Positions 59,856 to 64,000 of a stretch of 64,000 bases of DNA are shown here, in pieces. The notes below the pieces were generated by a model that was given only the letters and a program-made list of their open reading frames with translations, had not been told where the DNA came from and made no database searches. Positions within the stretch are counted from its first letter, which is position 1. Each line of letters begins with the position of its first letter. This DNA is from Arenicellales bacterium (GTDB taxonomy: Bacteria; Pseudomonadota; Gammaproteobacteria; Arenicellales; Poriferihabitantaceae), in the NCBI GenBank assembly GCA_965200715.1, contig OZ241374.1, positions 1,365,718 through 1,429,717 on the forward strand, read 5' to 3'. The translations under genes and the position numbers were made by a program.

Positions 59856-60301
59856 TTGCATACGTTAACAACATTGCAGGCGATGAAAGAGCAAGGCGAG
59901 AAGATTGTCTGTGTTACCGCCTATGACTATTCGAGTGCACATGCTGCCAACGAGGCTGGAGTTGAATTGATTCTGGTGGGTGATTCTCTGGGGATGGTAA
60001 TTCAGGGTCATGATAGTTCCTTGCCGGTTACGATTGGTGATATGGCCTATCACATGCGATGTGTCAAATCGGGCAATCGTCAATCCTTGTTGTTGGCGGA
60101 TTTGCCGTTCATGAGTTACTACAGTGAATCGAAGAGTTTGGAGAATGCGGCGATTTTGATGCGTGAAGGTGCGCAGGCGGTCAAGTTGGAAGGGGGTGCA
60201 TGGTTAGCCGAATCGACCCGTTTGTTAGCGGAACGTGGGATTCCGGTTTGTGCGCACATGGGCCTAACTCCGCAGTCTGTCAATCATCTTGGTGGGTATC
60301 G
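59856..60301 (+). pseudogene. panB: panB (ketopantoate hydroxymethyltransferase) 5' fragment, interrupted by IS
   Basis: TTG start. [40 protein letters not shown]...[16 protein letters not shown] matches E. coli PanB up to GGYK|VQGR. Confidence 0.88.
60292..60301. repeat. Direct repeat GTGGGTATCG (left TSD; identity extends to 14 bp from 60288)
   Basis: Read directly. The same 10-mer is at 62484-62493. Confidence 0.8.
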
Positions 60302-60394
60302 CAGGGCAATTTTATGTTTAGCCTCAAATATTCAATTATAAATAAATAACACAAAAAGCTGGACTTTTGCATTTCAGTTTGTTATGCTCTCGGC

Positions 60395-61495
60395 ATGAAC
60401 AGTCCAGTTAAGCCCTCGAAATCCGATCCACGGGTGCTCAATTTGCGCCTGGTGCGGTATGATGAAATGGCGCAATACGATGATTTCATGGATCAATCCC
60501 ATCGTCGTGGTGCTTTGAGACGTATCGGTCACGAACTGCACTATGTGGTTGAAGATCAGGGGCAGTGGATTGCACTGATCAGTTTTTCTCCGGCCGCGCT
60601 GAAGTGTTCGGCCCGAGATCAGTGGATTGGCTTGATCTCGCAAATCCAGAACGACCGGTTGCGGTTTATCGTGAACAATTCGCGCTTCCTGATTTTGCCC
60701 GGTCATGCTGCTCCGAATCTGGGCTCGCGGATTCTGTCGGCCTGCCGCAAGCGGCTAGCGAGTGACTGGATGAGGCATTTTTCCCAACCGTTGTTATTGC
60801 TTGAGACCTTTGTTGATACGGATTTCCACACGGGCACGATTTATCGTGCCGATAACTGGGTGTTGGCGGGAAAGACCCGAGGCTACCGGCGGGTGCATGG
60901 TGGCTATAGTCCGACTCCGACCGAGTCGGTCAAGTTGGTATTTGTGAAACCCCTGCATGCGGATGCCCAGGCGATCTTGCGAGCCCAGCCGCTTCCGGAT
61001 GTGGATCAATATCGAGTGAAGAAGATGAATTTGGCAATTGAAGACTATGGTTCCCTGTACGACTATTTCCAGGGCATGAAGGATGTTCGCAGTCGCCAGG
61101 GCAGACGGCATGAACTGGCCAGCGTATTGTCCCTGATCGCTGCGGCGATGTTCAGTGGTGCGATCGGGTATAAGGGCATCTGGATCTGGTGCGATGAGTT
61201 ATCGCAGGCCAATCGTCGGCATTTCCACTGTCGAAGATGGAGAGGCAAGCGAATCACCCCTTCCATCACCTGTATTCGCAATACCATGATCCAGGTGAAT
61301 CCCGACCGCTTGCAACAGCTGGTCAACCGGTTCAGCATCCAGCATTTCGGTTTGCCTTTTGAGCCGCTTGCGATTGATGGCAAGGTGCTGTGTGGTTCGA
61401 AAGGCGAGCACCATCGTCAGACCCAGGTTATGAATGTGGTGGGGCATGATAGTGGGTTTTGCTATGCGAAAAAAAGTAGGGACGTTGCCGGTTGA
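60395..61495 (+). CDS. Transposase part 1: DUF4338-like N-terminal domain fused to the ISAs1 N-terminal (DDE_Tnp_1-associated) region; ends by frameshift at the A7 run
   Basis: LRFIVNNSRFLILPG, LLLETFVDTDFHTGTIYRADNWVLAGKTRGYRR (DUF4338-like, from memory). Then FQGMKDVRSRQGRRHELASVLSLIAAAMFSGAIGYKGI and LAIDGKVL (ISAs1). Confidence 0.7.
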   Translation: MNSPVKPSKSDPRVLNLRLVRYDEMAQYDDFMDQSHRRGALRRIGHELHYVVEDQGQWIALISFSPAALKCSARDQWIGLISQIQNDRLRFIVNNSRFLILPGHAAPNLGSRILSACRKRLASDWMRHFSQPLLLLETFVDTDFHTGTIYRADNWVLAGKTRGYRRVHGGYSPTPTESVKLVFVKPLHADAQAILRAQPLPDVDQYRVKKMNLAIEDYGSLYDYFQGMKDVRSRQGRRHELASVLSLIAAAMFSGAIGYKGIWIWCDELSQANRRHFHCRRWRGKRITPSITCIRNTMIQVNPDRLQQLVNRFSIQHFGLPFEPLAIDGKVLCGSKGEHHRQTQVMNVVGHDSGFCYAKKSRDVAG

Positions 61496-62258
61496 GGGAT
61501 CAGACGAGGAGAAGCAGTCGAACGAGATCAAGTTTTTCGCCCCGACTCTTGAGCAGATGGATATTGCCGGAAGGACGATCACGGCGGACGCGATGAATAC
61601 CCAGATTGAATCGGCCAATTATGTGATCGAACGAGGGGCGGATTTTCATTTTTCGGTCAAGGGCAACCAGCCCGGTCTGCTGGAGGATATCCAGGTCTGG
61701 TATGAGCAGCAAGGTCAGTTTCAGGAGCCGGATTTCGAAGAGCCGTTGGAAAAGGATCATGGACGCATCACCCAACGCAAGATCTGGGTAACCGATCGGT
61801 TGAATGAATATGTTGAATTCCCACATGTACAACAGGTATTTGTGATTGAGCGCAACGTCCAAGACCCCAAGGGAAAAAATCCAGATCGTGTCGAGATCGT
61901 ATATGGGATTACCTCGCGAAGCAAAGAGGAGTCGAACGCAGAAGAAATTCTCAGCACCAACCGAGGCCATTGGGCAGTAGAAATCGCCCATCATGTATTG
62001 GACAATCCGCAGGCCTTCAATGAAGATGGCAGTCGCATCCGTTGCGGGCATGGTCCGGAAAACATGGCCTGCATGCGACGCCTTGCCCTGACCCTGCTAC
62101 GCTATTATCAGCAGCGCAATCGTCAGCCGATCACGGAACAGATCGAACGACTGAAGTACAATCCACGACGCGTGCTCGACTATCTCAAGCTGACCGGCAA
62201 CACCCGGCCTAGAAGGCGATCACCAACCGAGTGTTGGCCGCTATCGCTGGCTACCTAA
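61434..62258 (+). CDS. Transposase part 2: ISAs1-family DDE catalytic region (+1 frame relative to part 1)
   Basis: KQSNEIKFFAPTLEQMDIAGRTITADAMNTQ, FSVKGNQPGLLEDI, DHGRITQRKIWV, YGITSRS, RGHWAVEIAHHVLDNPQAFNEDGSRIRCGHGPENMA. Confidence 0.8.
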   Translation: MWWGMIVGFAMRKKVGTLPVEGSDEEKQSNEIKFFAPTLEQMDIAGRTITADAMNTQIESANYVIERGADFHFSVKGNQPGLLEDIQVWYEQQGQFQEPDFEEPLEKDHGRITQRKIWVTDRLNEYVEFPHVQQVFVIERNVQDPKGKNPDRVEIVYGITSRSKEESNAEEILSTNRGHWAVEIAHHVLDNPQAFNEDGSRIRCGHGPENMACMRRLALTLLRYYQQRNRQPITEQIERLKYNPRRVLDYLKLTGNTRPRRRSPTECWPLSLAT

Positions 62259-62483
62259 GACAACCGACTGATATCTGCTGATTTTCGGTGGTGCCCGATG
62301 GGCACCAGGCATGCGCTCGTGCCGGTGTTGCCCACAGCACCGAAATCCTGGCGAAAGGATGCTCAATTCCAACGGATTAGCCGAATATCCGTCTAACCAA
62401 CGCCCCCTGACCACATACAAATGGAAAAACAACCTCTGAAACCGAGCAAAAACGAGCGAATAAAAAAGAATAAATTTGCCTTG

Positions 62484-62493
62484 GTGGGTATCG
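62484..62493. repeat. Direct repeat GTGGGTATCG (right TSD)
   Basis: See left copy. Confidence 0.8.
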
Positions 62494-62845
62494 AGTGCAG
62501 GGTCGGGACCCGGCCAAGCGTCAGAGTATTCTGGATGAAGCGCGGGTACTGGAGGATGCCGGTGCATCGCTGATTCTGATCGAATGTGTTCCGGAATCGC
62601 TGGGTCAGGAGCTAACCAAGGCCCTGACCGTGCCGGTGATTGGGATTGGGATTGGGGCGGGTGCCTCGACCGATGGACAGATTCTGGTATGGCATGATCT
62701 GCTTGGCTTGTATCCGGGTAAGCCGGCACGGTTTGTGAAGGATTTTCTGCGGGGCAATTCGGGAGGAGTTCAAGGTGCATTGGCAGAGTATGTTCGACAG
62801 GTGAAGAGTGGAGAATTTCCAGACTCGGAACACAGTTATGTTTGA
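62494..62845 (+). pseudogene. panB: panB 3' fragment
   Basis: (R)VQGRDPAKRQSILDEARVLEDAGASLILIECVPESLGQELTKALTVPVIGIGIGAGASTDGQILVWHDLLG...GEFPDSEHSY matches the PanB C-terminal half. 446 + 352 nt = 266 codons. Confidence 0.88.
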
Positions 62846-63089
62846 AATTAGATTGGAGTATTTCACGATGTCTAGTTCGCAAATTCAATCGCTATCGGTG
62901 TTGCTTGATGGCTAATTTGCAACAGGATGGATTCTTCAGGATGGCTCCAGTGACTTTGCTAAAGAGCGATAGTATTTCGAAGCCAGTTAGAATCAGAAAA
63001 CATTTCACTGAATTGAGACATGAATCAATACAACCAGCCGAGTCGTTTGTACAGTAAAATTATGTTTAGCCAATAAATAGTAATTTCTA

Positions 63090-64000
63090 ATGAGTCTGAC
63101 ATTTTTAGAGTTCGAAAAACCAATTGAAGAGTTAGAGCAAAAAATCGCTGAATTACAACGTATTAACAAAGATGGTGATCTGAGCTTAGAGCAGGAAATC
63201 CAACGTTTACAGTATCGAAGCCTTGAACAGACTCGTGAGATATTCTCCAAATTAGGCGCCTGGCAGATCATTCAAATCGCCCGACATCCTGAAAGACCTT
63301 ATACTCTGGATTATGTCGATAGAATTGTCGATGACTTTCAAGAAATTCATGGTGATCGAATGTTTTCAGACGATCCGGCAATCATCTCGGGAATTGGATT
63401 TATCGATTCCTATCGAGTTGCCGTTATCGGACATCAGAAAGGAAGGGATACAAAGGAGAGAACCTATCGTAACTTCGGTATGCCGAAACCAGAAGGCTAC
63501 CGTAAAGCTCAACGCGTAATGGAATTAGCAGATCGATTCAGCCTACCTATTGTTACTTTAATCGATACTCCTGGTGCATTTCCGGGAGTAGATGCAGAGG
63601 AAAGAGGGCAAAGCCAAGCAATTGCTAGTATCATTCAGTTAATGACCTATATTTCTACACCAATTGTTTCAATCGTCATTGGCGAGGGAGGTTCAGGTGG
63701 TGCTTTGGCAATCGGCGTTTGCGATCGCCTGATTATGCTACAGTACTCAACCTATTCGGTAATCTCACCGGAAGGTTGTGCCTCAATTTTGTGGAAGAGT
63801 TCAGACAAGGCAGACCAAGCAGCTGAAGCCATGGGATTGACTAGTAAGGATTTAATGGAGATGAATCTTGTCGATGAGGTTGTAAGTGAACCTTTGGGAG
63901 GAGCTCATCGTAATTATGATGACATTGCTCATTCTGTGAAATTGTCGCTAGTAAAAGCGCTGGATTTTCTGAGCGTCATCCCGTCTAAAGAATTGCTCGA
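63090..64000 (+). CDS. accA: Acetyl-CoA carboxylase carboxyltransferase alpha subunit (3' end beyond window)
   Basis: Own translation from ATG at 63090: [23 protein letters not shown]...[12 protein letters not shown]...[50 protein letters not shown]...[13 protein letters not shown]. Open to the window end, so absent from the ORF track. Confidence 0.92.
   Translation, partial: MSLTFLEFEKPIEELEQKIAELQRINKDGDLSLEQEIQRLQYRSLEQTREIFSKLGAWQIIQIARHPERPYTLDYVDRIVDDFQEIHGDRMFSDDPAIISGIGFIDSYRVAVIGHQKGRDTKERTYRNFGMPKPEGYRKAQRVMELADRFSLPIVTLIDTPGAFPGVDAEERGQSQAIASIIQLMTYISTPIVSIVIGEGGSGGALAIGVCDRLIMLQYSTYSVISPEGCASILWKSSDKADQAAEAMGLTSKDLMEMNLVDEVVSEPLGGAHRNYDDIAHSVKLSLVKALDFLSVIPSKELL

Larger units (their letters stand above)
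60302..62483 (+). mobile_element. ISAs1-family-like insertion sequence, 2182 bp, atypically long
   Basis: Terminal IRs CAGGGCAATTTTAT / rc CAAGGCAAATTTAT (12 of 14). 10-bp TSD. Excision restores panB. G+C is visibly higher than in the flanks. Confidence 0.8.

Noticed and set aside
61500-62051. 183-aa minus-strand ORF
   Set aside because: Antisense to the ISAs1 DDE region, which has clear family motifs on the plus strand.
62241-62888. 215-aa minus-strand ORF spanning the IS end and the panB 3' fragment
   Set aside because: Crosses the IS/target junction, is antisense to panB, and has a P/H/S-rich nonsense composition.
1-64000. CRISPR arrays, rRNA genes, prophage or integrase genes, toxin-antitoxin pairs
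   Set aside because: I scanned all non-coding gaps over 150 bp for periodic repeats and the ORF track for hallmark proteins, and found none.

Overview
Chromosomal window from an AT-rich genome (hand-counted 60-nt lines give roughly 40-45% G+C). Gene order suggests a gammaproteobacterium. Most of the window is ordinary core content:
- a BCCT transporter next to a DddP-like M24 enzyme
- a FecCD-type metal-chelate ABC importer divergent from a Zur-like regulator
- a TauABC-like importer cluster, and nadE
- a complete cbb3 oxidase locus (yip1-ccoNOQP-ccoGH, with divergent ccoI-ccoS)
- moeB, sucA-sucB-lpdA, a PMM/PGM and rne
- the thrS-infC-rpmI-rplT-pheST-ihfA block, gltX and four tRNAs (Val, Pro, Ala, Glu)
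- an M16 protease, bcp and accA

On top of this there are signs of genome flux and decay. Two visibly G+C-richer IS elements precisely interrupt housekeeping genes. An IS1634-like element (2186 bp, 4-bp TSD) splits pncC. An ISAs1-like element (2182 bp, 10-bp TSD) splits panB. Its transposase has an extra DUF4338-like N-terminal domain and is split at an A7 run. There are also remnants of a serine recombinase, a transposase C-terminal tail and a P-loop ATPase.

The most unusual locus is a lipoprotein gene (36941-38301, minus strand) with TbpB/fHbp-like barrel features. It carries two homopolymeric tracts, C11 just after the start codon and C13 before the last strand. Each tract is one base away from the length that would give a full-length product. 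This is either a two-switch contingency locus or two assembly errors.

Other items worth a second look:
- a sterol-reductase (ERG4/ERG24)-like membrane protein
- a Tau-type permease with about 420 extra N-terminal residues, flanked by a double-CxxC glutaredoxin-fold protein and a divergent FAD oxidase
- the DddP-like/BCCT pair
- a perfect Zur-box-like palindrome
- an orphan Tat-signal family-5 binding protein

I saw no CRISPR array, rRNA or prophage. All family assignments come from reading motifs by eye, with no database search.
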